64,000 nt of DNA from assembly GCA_013239625.1 (NCBI GenBank), contig MU053994.1, forward strand, positions 1,989,589 to 2,053,588, written 5' to 3'. The position numbers and the translations under genes are program-made. Shown piece after piece: positions 12,600 to 25,823 of this stretch. The notes beneath the pieces were generated by a model. It had not been told where the DNA came from, made no database searches, and saw nothing but the letters and a program-made list of their open reading frames with translations. Source of the stretch: Lama guanicoe. Taxonomy: Eukaryota. Within the stretch, counting starts at the first letter, position 1. Each line of letters starts with the position of its first letter.

Positions 12600-13680
12600 C
12601 CATCCATCCACCCGTCCATCCATCCATTCACTTTTTATCCAACAAATATTTAATAAGTGCCTGCTCTGTGCCAGGCATTGTTCTAGGCACGAAGGACACA
12701 GCAGTGAATCAAACAAATGAAATCTCTGTTCTACCGAAGGCTTACATTCTGACAAGGGAGAAAGAGACAACAATCAAGATCAATGAGAAAGATGCATAAT
12801 CTCTTAGATGGCAAATGCTTGGGAGGAAAAGAAAGCAGGGAGGGGGAGGGGTGCTGTGGGGAGGGAGTTTAGTTCTCAATAGGGTGGTGTGAGAAGGCGG
12901 CACTGATCCGGGGATGGTAAGGAAGGGAGGGAGGCAGCCCTGCATATGAGCCTTCGGGGTGGCAGCAATAGCACATACAATGGGCCTGAGGCCAGTTGTG
13001 TCCAGGGAGTGGGAGGGATGGCAAGGAGGCCAACTGACTGGGGTGGAGGGAATGAGGGGGAAGTGACAGGTAATGAGGTCAGAGAGGTGACAGGAACCAT
13101 TCTGTAGGTCATCACAAGCCACAGGGAGGACTGGAGGCCACCTTGAGTGCAATGTAAAGCCACCGAGGGTTCGGAGCAAGGCGCACTGTGATCTGACTTA
13201 GCTTTTAACGAGACTGCCTGGGTGCTGTGTTGAGAGTAGAAGGAAGAAATATTGAAAGGGGAAACAAGGGGACCAGCTGTGGGCAGAGGAGGGGTGCTTC
13301 AATAATTCAGGTGAGAGACAGTGGAGAGTGGAGGCTGCGCCAGGGTGGGAGCAGTGGAGGCAGGGATGGGGGAGGAGCTCAGAGATTCTTGGTCTATTCT
13401 GAAGGCAGGATCTACAGAATTTGTTGAAGGATTAGACACAGATTCCAGGGAGGACTCAAAGATGTCACTAAGGCTTGTGCGCTGCTCAGCAGAATGAAAA
13501 CTGGCGCTGGGAGGCTGCAGGAGGAGCAGGGGTAGGGGGTTGGGCTCGGGTTTCTGCTGTCTACTGGACTTCTAAGGGGAGAGGCTGGGGGGCGGGTGGA
13601 TATAGGAGTCAGGGGTTCAGGGGAGAGGCCCAGGCTGGAGTCTCCAGCGCATAGAGGCATTTAGAGACTAAACAAGGAGG
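12600..13680 (-). mobile_element. L2 LINE 3' fragment
   Basis: ccattcac...caacaaatatttaataagtgcctgctctgtgccaggcattgttctaggcac followed by a purine-rich L2 body. Confidence 0.9.
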
Positions 13681-16600
13681 GGAGGGGAGGAAAGGAGAGG
13701 GGAAGGGAGAGGAGGTGGGAAGCAAGGGCTAGAGAAGGACCGGCTGCAAGCCACACTGTGACCACAGGCTTCCAGAAAGTCCCAATTTGAGACCTCTCAG
13801 CCTCACTCAGGGAACCCCAAGTGTAGCCAGACCTCCAGATCCAGGAAACCAGGCCCACAGGAGAAGACAAGTTCACCTCTGCTCAAGGTGAAGTGCACCC
13901 ATCGGCACTTCTTGTGAACAATGCACAACCCTCGCTCTTGGCAAATGGGACACCTTAGACCCGGGGGGCAGGGGGCAAGGACTCTGTTGGTGTGTGAAGA
14001 GCAGGGCGATGAGGGGTGGGCAGCACCCCAGGCACAAAGGACCCCTCTCCGGTTTCGGGATGGGCTGGCTCTGGGAGAGGTGTGAGCACTAAGACAGTCT
14101 GTTCGAGGCTGACCCCCCTGTGATTGCCAGTGGCATAGGTCTCTGATTGATGAAAAAAAAACAATAAAGTGAATGAATTCATGGCTTAACAATTTCTAGC
14201 CAGACTCAGGGGGTGACACCTGAGCTGCCTCCTGACAGTAGAACAGGGGTGATCCAGGAGGGGCTGGAGAGAATTGTTCTAGAAAAAGGGAAAGCAAAGT
14301 GATGGGGACGGTAGCTTGGGGCTGCCAAGACGTTGAATTTGAGGCCGAGGGCTAGGAGAATTGAAGCTGGAGAGGTGGATACGAGAGGGGGTGATAAACC
14401 ACTGAAAGGAACTTGGCCTTCATCTCCAAGCGCTAGAAACGCCACAAAGGGTTTTCAGGAGGGAATAACAGTCCAATGTGCATTTTAAAGAGATCATTCA
14501 GGCAGTTCTGTGGAGGGAGGATTTGAAAAGGATGAAGCAGGCAGCCCAGAGGGCTGGGGGCTGGAGGGGGTTGCGGAGAAGGGCGGAGGTGGGATCCTGT
14601 AAATGAATCAGTGGCTTCCCCGCCTCACCCCCTCCCGTGGAAGCCAGTGCATCAGAAATCTGTCACCTTCCCCATGTAGCCACTGTCAACCTGGGAGCCG
14701 AGGAGTTTCCAGGCCGGGCAGGATGCTGAGAGGTGAGGCAGGAAGATGCCCGGTTCTCAAGTCTGCGTCTGGCCAGCCCAGGAAACAATCATGGAGCCAC
14801 CGTGGAGGAGAGTTAGTGGCAAGAGTGGGTCACTGGAGAGGGAGGAGGCACCCTGATTTTGGACAGAAGCTTTAGGTCCCTGAAAGGGAAGAAGGGCTAT
14901 CCAGAGTGGGTCTGCACCCCCTCACCCCCTCCCACCTCCGGGTTCTGTGTGCTGAGAAGATGGATAACACGTTCCCAAATCAATAGACCACAACATGCTT
15001 GCTAAGTCAGAGAAGGCAAATCAGGTAAACCGAGGCCTGGTCACCCAGCTGGACTCCAAGCTGAGCGTTCCCATCCAGCCCCAGGCCCTCAGTGGAACCA
15101 CCCCTCCCACCAAGCACCCCGCCCCCAGGCCCCTCTTCTTCCTGTGTCACTATTATTCTTTGTTCCCCGCCGAGGATCCTCAGCCCAGTTCTGCGAAGGC
15201 CCCGGGGGCCAGTGTCAGCCCTGGTGTGCACGGCAGGCTGGGAGATTAAAGACCTTTTCCCCAAATCCCCCAGCAAATCACAACAGCGCTGGGGCAGCCC
15301 CGATTGCCAAGCAGGAAGCGGAGAGCAAATCCCGGCCAGGCACCCGGGAGCCCTCTCTCCGGTCTCGCAAGGCCTCCGAAAGCCACGGGCCGGCCAGCCC
15401 CGAGACTTCATTAAAAGCGCTCGGTGGCCTGCGTTTGCTGCAAACCCATTAAACAGCCGACATAATCCATTCATACATAAAAATAAGGGAAGGGGAAGGA
15501 GCGCAGTCCCACAGGATGTGTGTCTGGGAGAAAACAGTTTCCATAAAAATCCAAACAGAAACGAGGTTCACGGGGAGGTTTTGGCTGCAGTCGCTTTGGG
15601 CTTCTGGAAATTCTAGCTGGGGAAAGGTTCCCTTTGTGGCCCCTTTGGAAGCGCTCTGATTGAGACTGACAGAAACGAGGGAGGTGGGGGGACTCCCCAG
15701 TCTCTCTGCTGACCACCCTACAGCTGAGGAATTGTTCTAGAAACCTGGGGTACTTGTGCAAGGCAGCCAGCTGGGGTGCCGGAAAGAGCAAATCACAGGA
15801 TCGCACAGGCCTATCTCGGCCACCCCAAAGTCAGGCCACTGGGCCGAGCGTCCACAACAGCTGTGGCCATGGAGATACTCCCAGAGCTTTGGAAACGGGA
15901 GGAAGACTCCAAGATTTAAATAACTCAGGCAGCAGGAGCCCTGTTCCTTCCCATGGGAAACTAGTTCACAGGCCAAGAAAGCCCATGGAAGAGACCCCTC
16001 TCTCTGGCCCTCGCCAGAGCACGTGCACAAACACACGTTGTCCTGCAGAAGAAGAAGGTCAGGAGTCGGATTAGTTTTTTAATAAGCTGGTAAACCAGTA
16101 TTTTTATTCTCTGTCAGCTTTAAAAGAAAAAAAAGCCAGAAGAATGCAGCTAGTTTCTTAAATTAGAGATCTGTTGTGTAATTAGTCCATTTTATCTTCC
16201 GTGAGTTGTTTTCTCTCTGTGGTTTCCAGAAATGTCATTGGCTAGGCTTAAAAGTAGGGGTTGTTTTTTTTTTCCTTCCAGAGAAAAATTCTATAAATAT
16301 TTTCTCCCTTTTAGCATGTTTTAAATTTGAACGACATATTGTAAAGATAGCAAGAGTTATGAAAGTCTCTCTTGGCCACCAATGAAATGCAGTGGGAAAA
16401 CTGATTAGAGAGGGAACTTGTGTCCATGGAGAAGGCTACTGGGCTGCTCCCCCAAGGGGTTCAGGAGCCAGGGTACCCCAGCTGCCTCTGCTCACTGACA
16501 CTTGAGCTTGGGAGCTGGGAGAGGGGAGGGCCACGCTCAGGATGAGCAGGCAGACTCTTCTCAGGGAAATAGTGTCCCTTGTTGATGGTCAAAATTCCAC

Positions 16601-16739
16601 CCTTAGTGATTCATTCCTTTGGATGAGATTAGGCATGCATTTTACATGGGTAGATGTGCCTTAAAGGTTTTTCGTGTTAAAATGCATATCTTTTTCTCCA
16701 GCAAAGGTATACAGATCTATCACACATGAGTAAAAACCT

Positions 16740-17300
16740 TTGTAAAGGGATAGTCATAGCCAGGTAATTTGTAGCTATAAAGGACCAGAAACAACCTGAA
16801 TGAATAACCATTAATAGGAGACTAGTTAAATAAAGTCTGGCACATCATCCTAAGAGAATGTTATGCTGCCATTAAAAAGAATGCAATAGAGCTCTAGGTA
16901 TTGATGAAGGATGCTCTGTTAAGTGAAAAAACAGGATGTACAGAACTTTATTGTATGTTTATAGTATGCAATCATCTGGCTTTTTTTTTTAAGAATATAC
17001 ATATTACCTTGATTAGAGTTGGCAGCACGGGTGGCCTTCAGGAAGGGGAATAGAGTCAGGAGAGTGACTTGCTTTTTTATACAGATACAAACGATATAGA
17101 TATAGATACCTTATTGTATTCTTTGCTTATAACACACTATCATGGGCAGTTCTTGAAAAGGATACATTTATATCCAATCTTATACACATTCTAATATGCC
17201 CCAGCTATCTCTGGAAGGATATTAAAAAGTTAGGGGCCACACAGGGGAACATCTCTTGATTCCAATATATGCCCTTGAAGTAATTTGACATTTTAAAGAA
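16740..17300 (+). mobile_element. Ancient L1 (L1ME-like) 3' UTR fragments
   Basis: gaaacaacctgaatg...taggagactagttaaataaagtctggcac...gaatgttatgctgccattaaaaagaatg. Confidence 0.7.
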
Positions 17301-17479
17301 GCTGGCGTGGGACCGATCCCAGGCAGGTGGGCTGGGCCCTCGGAAGGTGGGGGAGTAAACTTTATGCTGTTCTGTGTGGCTCCAGGTCCACGCAGGGAAG
17401 CCTTGATGTGGGTTAATGCTCGCTAGGCTCCCCAATGCCCCCGGGTGCCCGAGTCTGTGCCCCACGTTACCCCGTGCCT

Positions 17480-17850
17480 ACTGCCATCGCTGCAGGCTGC
17501 TGATCTGATTTCTGTGTCTGTCTCCGCCCATGGACAGGGGGCTCCTTATAGCTGAGGATGAGTTTTATTCCTCTTTGCAGCCCCAGGGCCTAGCACAGCG
17601 CCTGAGCCTTAGAAGAAGTTGCTAGAGCCAGTTAAACCAGGGCACAGCTGTGGGACTTTGGGCAAGTGACTTAACCCTCAGAACCTGTTTCCTCACCTGT
17701 AAAACAGAAATGATACTAATATCTTCTTTATCATACTGGTACAAAGACGATGTTAGATAACAAATGTGCCTGGCAAGGGGTGGGTGCACAGCGATGAGAA
17801 CTGTTTACGATAGGATAGCACCTCAATACATGCTATTGAATGAATCAATT
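17480..17850 (+). mobile_element. L2 3' end with a MIR fragment
   Basis: ccccagggcctagcacagcgcctg (L2); gctgtgggactttgggcaagtgacttaacc...tttcctcacctgtaaaac (MIR). Confidence 0.75.
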
Positions 17851-18059
17851 TGTCCCACGAGGCTGAGATGGGTTAACATGCAGATATTCCCGACACCAAC
17901 ACTTCCAGGCCCTGTCGCCAGGTAGAGATGAATTCACCAGACAACTTCTTGTCAGGGCCCCTTTGGCTGCCTGAGAACACCCAGTACCCGAAGAAAGAGG
18001 ATGGGCCCCCAAGGAAAGAGGGTGCTTGCCGAGGACAGGGAAGGCAGTGTTCTGATGAA

Positions 18060-18290
18060 CAAGAATAGCAGCTACATCACTGAGCATCTGCCCTGCAGCC
18101 GGCATCACACTCAGCTCTTATAAGCATTGATTGGTGGAACTCTCACAATAACCTCAGAAGGAATGTATTATTGTCCCCATTTTACAAACCAGGAACCCAG
18201 CGATCAGGGCAGGAAAATCACTCACCCGAGTTCCCGTGATGGAGGCGGGATTTGAACTCAGTTCTGTCTGACTCCAAAACTCCTGCCGTC
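18060..18290 (-). mobile_element. MIR SINE
   Basis: ctcacaataacc...tattattgtccccattttaca...gggatttgaactcagttctgtctgactccaaa. Confidence 0.8.
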
Positions 18291-19724
18291 CACCAGCCTG
18301 CCGGCCCGCCTGCTGCTGGGCCTCCAGGTGGCTCTGTGCAGCCTCGGCCTCGCGGATGCCAGCTGTCTCCGTCTGTCACACCCCAGAGCGCCGGTTCACC
18401 AAGCACCAGGGAAATCTTTCTGCCAGAGGGGCCTGAAAACCTCTCAGTCACAGACGAAAAACAAATCTCCGCTCCGGGCCTGTGAGCTTGGTGGTGGCCA
18501 GGCCCTGGGGAGCGCTCCTCCTCCGAGCCATCACCTGCAAGGCGGGCGGTCTCTTCCACGGCCCTCGCCCCCTCCCTCCCAGCAGCCTGCAGGCCGCTGA
18601 CCAGTTGGAAACCACTGAGCTCTGATAGGAAATCACTCTTGGTGCGTTGGGGAGTGTGCGGGGTCGGGCAGAAGGGAATCCAGGCTGTGTTTCCTTTTCC
18701 CCCTCTAGCCCAGCTCAAGAACATTCCAGAAGTCCTGGAAGAAAACTCATAACTCCCCAGGGAGGAATGAACTAAACTGCAGGGTGTCTGGCAACTTGTC
18801 CTCAGCCAGGCTCTCCCCAGAAGCTCCCATGGCTGGGCAATCCTCTGCCCCCCACCGTTCACCCCTGTGCTGCCTTGCCAAGGTTTCACTCCGTTTGGAC
18901 CGGGCAGATGGGCAAAAGGAAATGCCCAAAGTCAGTAGCCTCTGCCTGCACTGGGGGATAGCCTTCTGGGGCATCCAGGCAGCCTGCCAGCGGTTCCAGA
19001 TCTCCACCAGCCTGCCGGGAGCCGGTGGCCCAGCACTGGCAGGAGACTCTCTCGGCCTGTCCCAGCGAGCCCACAGCATTAGCAGAAGAGAAGTAAAGGG
19101 CATTGGAATTCGAGACAGTATTTCGATTTTGGCTGGTTTTGTGTTTCCCTCGAGCTAAGGTTGTGCGGTTTCCAGCACCTGAGCTCCTACAGGAAAAGGA
19201 AACATTTCTGTTCAGTGTCTGTCTTCAGAGGGAGGGCAACTGGTAGGGATAGAGGGCGGGATGGCCAGCCATGGCCAGGAAAACCATCTGCCTGTTCACT
19301 CTTAGCCCAACAAATGGCCAAACAAAGCTAAGCTTCTGAGTGACCCTGACAGCTGAGGGTGACCAAGGCCAAAGTCCATGGTGGGAAGCCAAGAACTTCA
19401 ACACCCGCTAGCTTACAGGTCAATGTCGCTCTCTCTCCCTCTGCAGTCAGCGATAGCACTCGAGGCCAACCAGCCAGATGGAGTTAATTCAGAAGTCCAA
19501 CTTTCAGAAAGAAAAACTCAGTTCTCAAGGTCCATAGGCAGATTGCCTAACAGCAAAAGATCCGGAGGCCATAGTGGACCCCAGACTTCAGAAACAGTCT
19601 GCTGTTCTAAAATGGTCTAAGTTCACTCTGGAGGGCTCCCTGGGGATTTCTCTTGCACGACCTTCTTGGGGTACCCCTGGGCCTGCCCCTCAGCAAACTC
19701 AACCTTTAAGCACTGAAGTGCATT

Positions 19725-19950
19725 CGAGTTCCTTGGTTCTGAACATAGGCTCACATCTTAGTTCTTCCAGCTACTCTCTGTGGACTTTGGGTAAGTTATT
19801 TGAGCTCTCTGAGCTTCACTTTTCTCATCTGCAAAATGAAGCTAGTAATAATACGGATGTCAGGGTGGCGTCCCGATGCTTAAAGAACGTAAATGGAATG
19901 TTCAAAATTTAGCCCAGTACCTGGCACATAGTAGGCCCTCAAGAAATGTC
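19725..19950 (+). mobile_element. MIR SINE
   Basis: ctgtggactttgggtaagttatttgagctctctgagcttcacttttctcatctgcaaaatg...cctggcacatagtagg. Confidence 0.85.
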
Positions 19951-21242
19951 AGTACCTCTGGCTCCCCGAGAATCCTAGCCTGGCACAGCCTGGGGCAGGC
20001 TTGCTAAAGCTCCAAGGAGCGAGGCAGCTGCCAAAGTGAATTCCACTCACTGGCTGATTTTCCAAAAAGCCCTCTGAGTCTACACATCTTCCACTCTGTC
20101 CCAAAGAGGAAGCCAGACCCCCTGCTCACTAGCTCATCCCCCTGCACCTTCCTTGGCCCTGACCTTCTGGGTCTTGCTGGCACGTTTTCCCACTGCCCTT
20201 CAGATCCGCAGGGGCGGGGGGGTCTCCCAGCAGGGAGGGGGACCCATCAGCAGGGCACAGAGGATCTGGGCTCCTGAGCCCTGACTGGCCGTGGCCGCAG
20301 CCACAGAACACACAGGTGATGCTCCAAGGGCGCCGCACACGCCCAGACACGTCTTGAGGGAAACTGCAGGACTGTGCCGTGGTGCTTATTGGTGCCATAA
20401 ATCGCCAACTCTTCGCCTCCTGCTGCACCTCCCTGCCCCCGCTCCCTTCCAGCCAGGCTGTCCCCAGGGCCCCCCGCTGCCACCCGCCCCGCAAGATTCC
20501 CCCATTCAGGGGCCAGAGCCAACAGCTCACTCACAAGCAAGATGAGTTCGGCTGAGTTTATTTTTTCTCCTTCTTGTTCACAAATCTGAACTGCCTTTGT
20601 TCCTGAACAATGAGGAGTGTACAGCCTGGGAAGGTGGAAGGGGCCTCGGGCCAGAGGTGGGGCGGGCTGGGGTGGGGTCAGGACCCGGGCCTGGTGGCTC
20701 TGCATGCCTCAGACCAGCGCCCTGCTGAACGCTGACTCCTGGCCAGCCCTCCTCCAAGCTGGCTTCTGTATCCAGAACATCTTCTCTATTACACAGTCCA
20801 CAGCCCTTTTTAAAACTCAGTGACAGGGTTCAACTCAGCCTAACCAGACGCAGGCCAGGTTCCTGGGGGAATCTGGGCAACCAGCGCAGAGTCTTCAGCC
20901 ACATCACCCGCTGAGTCCCACGCCTGCCAACCTACTTGTCCCCCACATACGGAGCAAGTGTCACCTCTCAAGTCCCTTCCCTCCAAAGGTGCCGCTAACG
21001 GGTAGTCTCCCTGATTTCCTCGGCTTCAGTGGAAAAGACTTGGCAGGCAGAGGCCTTCTCTTTTACTCGACAGTCTCTGGTTTCATGACCTGGGCAGAGG
21101 AGATGCTCCAGATGTGTCCTAGAAAACCCCCAAAAAGTAGAGAAAAAGTCCCAAATCAGAGCTAAAGCAAGGAAGAGGGAAAGGATGAAGGAGATTGTCA
21201 GGGCACAAGTTTGGTCACATACCTGGATCTGAAGGCCCTCCC

Positions 21243-21308
21243 GTGTGCACACATACACGCATGTGCACACATACACGCATGTGCACACACACACATACAC
21301 ACATAACA
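21243..21308. repeat. CA-rich 18-bp tandem repeat, about 2.5 copies
   Basis: tgtgcacacatacacgca twice, then cacacacatacacac. Confidence 0.85.
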
Positions 21309-21394
21309 CAGTTAGAAAATTCTCAAACCTTAACAGTGGTCATCTCTAGGTAAAATGGGGTTACAGGTGATTTTTGATTTGCCTCCGTATCCCC

Positions 21395-21590
21395 GCTCCC
21401 CTTGACTAGCTGTGTGATTTAGGGAGAGTTGTCCAGTCTTTTGATGCTCAGTTTCCTCATCTATAAAATGGAGTCACAATAGTTCATATGTCAGTGTATT
21501 GTTGCGAAGAGTCCATGAGATTCTCCGTAGCAGGATCTGAGAGCAGTGCCAGGCATCTATAGTTACAGATTCAATAAATACAACAATTAG
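21395..21590 (+). mobile_element. MIR SINE
   Basis: actagctgtgtgatttagggag...ctcagtttcctcatctataaaatgg...cagtgccaggca. Confidence 0.85.
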
Positions 21591-21869
21591 AATCATTTTC
21601 CCCTCTTTCCTTAGCCTTTTCCAAAGGGGTCTGCATTGCTCCTTAAATTTTGTTTAAGAAAGAAAAATATTTGGTTTGAATTCAAACAATAAGATTTGCC
21701 TATAAGAATTCAAAAACTTCCCAGAAAAAAAAAATGACTCTCTCCTCTCACCATCCTTCCTGATACTGCTCTGCTCCCCAGAGAGACCCGCCAGCCCCAG
21801 TCTGGCCAGATAGCACAAGGCCTTGATAAACACACACAGGGGTGGTTGTGTATAAAGCAACTGATGCAC

Positions 21870-22450
21870 GACGTGTGGATTTACAATTCGCTTTTCTCAT
21901 TTCCTATTTCTTGGAGGACTTTCCATATTGGGATATACTATTCCTTGTAACTGATACACAGTATTTCATAGCGTAGATGCTCCTTATTTACTTAATCATC
22001 CCCTCCTGTTGGACATTTGGGTTATTTTCAAATCTTTGCCAGGAAACAATGATGCTGTGAGCATTCCGGGATGTAGGGCGGTCTGCTCATGTCGGTTTGA
22101 AAAATAAGACTTAAAAGGGGGCAGTAGGTATAGCTCAAGTGGTAGAGCGCATGCTTAGCATGCACAAGGTCCTGGGTTCAATTCCCCAGTTCCTCTATTT
22201 AAAATAAATAAATAAATAAGCCTAATTACTACTCCCCCCACAAAAAAATTAAAGAAAAGTAGAAATTCTGGGCCAAAGGCTATGACCACCCTTAAATGTG
22301 CATAGATATGGCCAAATTGTTCTCCAAAGGGGCTGTCCGGCCTGTTTGAAATCCCTCACCAGCATCCCACTATTGCTCTGATCGGCATTTCTTTGATTAT
22401 AAGTGAGCACAGAAGCATCTTCTCATAGGTTGTTGGTTACTTGTGTTAGG
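21870..22450 (-). mobile_element. Ancient L1 fragment, host of a tRNA-derived SINE
   Basis: tgttggacatttgggttattttcaaatc...agtagaaattctgggccaaagg...gccaaattgttctccaaagg. Confidence 0.7.
22117..22258 (+). mobile_element. tRNA-Ala-derived SINE, camelid Vic-1-like
   Basis: gtatagctcaagtggtagagcgcatgcttagcatgcacaaggtcctgggttcaattcccc (Pol III A and B boxes, AGC anticodon remnant), then (AAAT)n, a short unique tail and an A-tail. Confidence 0.85.
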
Positions 22451-23359
22451 AGGGGCCTTCCACTCTGCAATGATTCAGTAGTTCACAAAGAGATTTTATC
22501 TCAGGTTTTTATAGTTCGTTGTAATGGTTGGATTTTTAATCCCCCTGGTGTTTCTTTTTGTGTAGGGAAATCTTATGCTAAGATTGCTTACAAATAATTT
22601 TTTTAAGAAACTACTGAAAAAGAAAGGCCCTACATATAGATGCCACACACACACACACACACACCAGCTATGTGTGCAAAACGGACGACCAGTTTAATCA
22701 GTATCGGGAGAGCAGAGTGCAAGGGGCCCCTGGTGGGGACGTCCAGGCCAAGAAGCCTGTGGTCCCCAGGTCACAGCCTGGCCCGCGAGGCCCCTGCAGG
22801 CTGGAGCAGCCCCACCAAGCAGGTGTCAGCTGGAAAAGGGAGTTCCGGTCATCTCTTCGGCCCTGCGGGGTAGGATGGGTTTTCTGACCCAAGGATTCAG
22901 GAAATCTCGGACATAGTTCGGCCTCCTCCCCCCGCCTCCAGCGTGCTGCCAGAGGATCCCACAGCTAGACCAGGGCTTGGCAGGAGGACTCGTCCACAGA
23001 CCGGCATTCCAGGGCACAGACAGAGAGGGTAGGTAAACCCAGACACCAGGAATGCAGTCTGCCCCTGCAAAATAACGCTGCTGGCCGCCCAGATCCCCAT
23101 CAGAAAAGCTTAAATGTAATTACACAGGAAGGAGGAACTTCCGGTTGGAGTCAGGAGATGAGGAAAGCATGCTAATAAGTCCAGGCCCCCCGCCGAGGCA
23201 GGAGAGGGGCAGCCCAATGAGAGGAATGACTACGTTTCCAGACCCCCACCCCCTCCCTGGCCCACCCAGATGAGACTGAAGGGGCAGAAAGGACCAAAGC
23301 CTCTAGATTATGGCCCACATCAGGAGTTGGAAACGTGTCCTCGGGGTCACTGAAGGGCA

Positions 23360-23990
23360 GGAGAGTAGATGAGGACATTTGTTAGCTTGCAGTGTTCCTC
23401 CGGCTGCAATGTGAAGAGGGAGGTGGGCAGGGGTGTGAGTGGATGGCCTTGGAAAACGTGCTTGGGATAAGATTCTCAAGGCCAGGAACTGGGTTGGATG
23501 TGGGCTGTGAAGTACCCAGGATGGCTCCCAGGCTTCTGGAAAGGCACTGGAGGAGCCATTGACTAAGGTGAAAAATGCTGGAGGAGCAGGAGGTTTGCAC
23601 CTGGGACGGGGTGGGCAGAGATCAGGCGTTCTGCTTTGGACACAGTGGATTTAAGGTACCAGTGAAACTGCCCTCCAGGATGCCAGTGGGCAGGCAGGCT
23701 GTGGGCATCTGGAGATCTGAGAAGTGGTCTGGTCTCAAGTTATCAGCACATGGACGGCATTTTAAAAGCCATGAGAGGAAATGAGGTCATCCAGGAAGAG
23801 AGGCTGGGGGAGACACAGAGGGCCCAAAGACTGAGCCCTGACACAGCCAACACGTGGAGGGCGGGCTGAGGAGGAGGTCCGGGAAAAGAGACCGACAAGG
23901 AACCCTGGGAGGCCTGAGGAAAATCCTCTCGCAGGGGAAGCCAAGCCGAGAGACAGTTACAAAACAGAGAGAGTGGTCACCCTCACCCCA
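23360..23990 (-). mobile_element. L2 LINE fragment
   Basis: ggatggctcccaggcttctgg...ttctgctttggacacagtggatttaaggtacc...ggagatctgagaagtggtctgg...aaagccatgag. Confidence 0.75.
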
Positions 23991-24289
23991 GACATCCTAC
24001 TGACGTTACGTGTGTGGGACTTTGGCATTGAAACTCAGAATCTCAGCTGACTTATTAGGGAATAATCTTTGCATAGGATTATTCTGGATCCCAGAAGGAG
24101 CTGCTCTGGATTTAAAGTCAACAGCAAGACAAGGAGGCCATTGCCTACTCAGGGCCCCATGAGAATCCTTCTTGGGAACCAAGTGCCCACTCTCAAGAAG
24201 CCTGTGGTCTAACTGAATTACCAAGTCACCTAACAGAGCCATGCAGTGAATGGCAGGAACCACCTGCGGCAGGGACTTCTTGCCGGCCC

Positions 24290-24870
24290 CCAAGATCTGT
24301 TCTTCCCTCTTCCTCCGTGATCAAACTCTCCAATTTTTCCTGTGTTACGTGACTGCCTGAAACAAAGACTATATTTCCCAGTCTCTCTTGCAGGAAGGTA
24401 GGGACATGTGCCTAACTTCTGGCCAGTGGGTTGTAAGAGGAGGTGGACAGCGACCAGGAAGTAGGAAATACAAAAACAGAGGGCTTAGGGGCCCGAATGC
24501 TGAATGAGACTGCCTGAGTTCAAATCTTGCTTTAGTCACTTCCTAACTGTGTGACCCTGCACAAGTTAAGTAACCTCTCTGTGTCTCCATTTCCTCATTT
24601 GTAAAAGGAGGCTAATAATAGTTCTTACTTCATAGGGTTATATGAAAAATAAACACACTTGAAACAGTGGTTGACACATGGTAAATGATGCATAAATGTT
24701 TAATGCTTTTGTTGTTGTTATTATTATTACTAACCCTAAAGGGAGATGGTCTGCCCTTCTCCTTCCCTTTCCTCCTTTTTTACTAGCTGGAATGCAGTCA
24801 TGATGGCTGGAGCTGAAGCAGGTTTCTTGGTCCATGAAGTGAGTTTGAGAACCAAGACTCCACACGGTGG
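24290..24870 (+). mobile_element. Old MaLR LTR, MLT1J-like, split by a MIR
   Basis: actatatttcccagtctctcttgcag...catgtgcctaacttctggccagtggg [MIR] ctggaatgcagtcatgatggctggagctg. Confidence 0.65.
24475..24730 (+). mobile_element. Near full-length MIR SINE
   Basis: agactgcctgagttcaaatcttgc...ctgtgtgaccctgcacaagttaagtaacctctctgtg...tttcctcatttgtaaaa...ctcatagggtt. Confidence 0.9.
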
Positions 24871-25345
24871 GCTGGGCTAGCCAGGAACCTCCCTGGGAAA
24901 GTAGACAAGAAAAGAGTGTCTCCTAAAATCTATAGGGCAAGAGGAGCAGAGTGAGAACTAGGTCACACTAGCTGGCACATCCCCAGCTAGGAGCCCCAGC
25001 TGCTCAAAACAGGAGGCAGCATGTGCCCGGGAGTGGTGGCAGACTGGGAAGGGGAAGTCAGCTGGTTCGGTCAGTGGAGCTTCTTAATTATATGTCAGGG
25101 GAGGAGTGCTGACTTGAGCAGGCAGGAGCCTCTGAATGTGTGTGAGCAGAGTGGCAGGATAAGGCTAGGCCTTGATGGCTGCGAGCTGAGGAATCAGAGG
25201 GAGACCACGCGTGGTGCAGCCGGTCAGGGGCCACCACACAAATCAGGAAGGAGAGGAAAGGGCTGCTCTGCGCTGTGCTGGAAGGCACCAGACTTCAGCG
25301 GCGTTTCTTTTCTGCTGCCGTATGCAGGTTTGCAAATCGCAACTT

Positions 25346-25720
25346 GTTTTTTTCTTTTTTTTTTTTAATCGAAGTAGAGTTGATTTACAATGTTGTGTGA
25401 GTTTCAGGTGTACAGCAAAGTGATTCAGGTATACATATACATATATATTCTTTTTCAGATTCTTTTCCATTATAGGTTATTACAAGATATTGAATATAGT
25501 TCCCTGTGCCATACAATAGGTCCTTGTTGTCTATTTTATACATAGTAGTGTTTATCTGTTAATCCTAAATTCCTGATTTATGCCTCCCCACTCCCTTAGG
25601 TAACCACAAGCTTGTTTTCTATGTCTGTGAGTCTTTTTTTGTTTTGTAAGTAAGTTCATTTGTGTCAATTTTTTTAGATTCCACATATAAGTGATATCAT
25701 ATGATATTTGTCTCAATATG

Positions 25721-25758
<38 letters not shown>

Positions 25759-25823
25759 ACAACTTCTTTAGCCAGTCATCTGTCAATGGACATTTAGGTT
25801 GCTTCCATGTCTCGGCTATTGTA
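25346..25823 (-). mobile_element. 5'-truncated younger L1 (cetartiodactyl-type 3' end) with TSD and internal (TA)n
   Basis: Poly-T, then gaagtagagttgatttacaatgttgtgtgagtttcaggtgtacagcaaagtgattcag; TSD GCAAATCGCAACTT (25332-25345) / GCAAATGGCAACTT (25824-25837). Confidence 0.9.

Noticed and set aside
18218..18889. 223-aa ORF, and similar long ORFs at 1722-2306, 26450-27124, 29079-29651, 32976-33518, 44975-45565 and 51963-52517
   Set aside because: No recognisable domain, G/P/R/S-biased composition and frequent overlap with MIR or LTR remnants; such ORFs are expected by chance in GC-rich DNA
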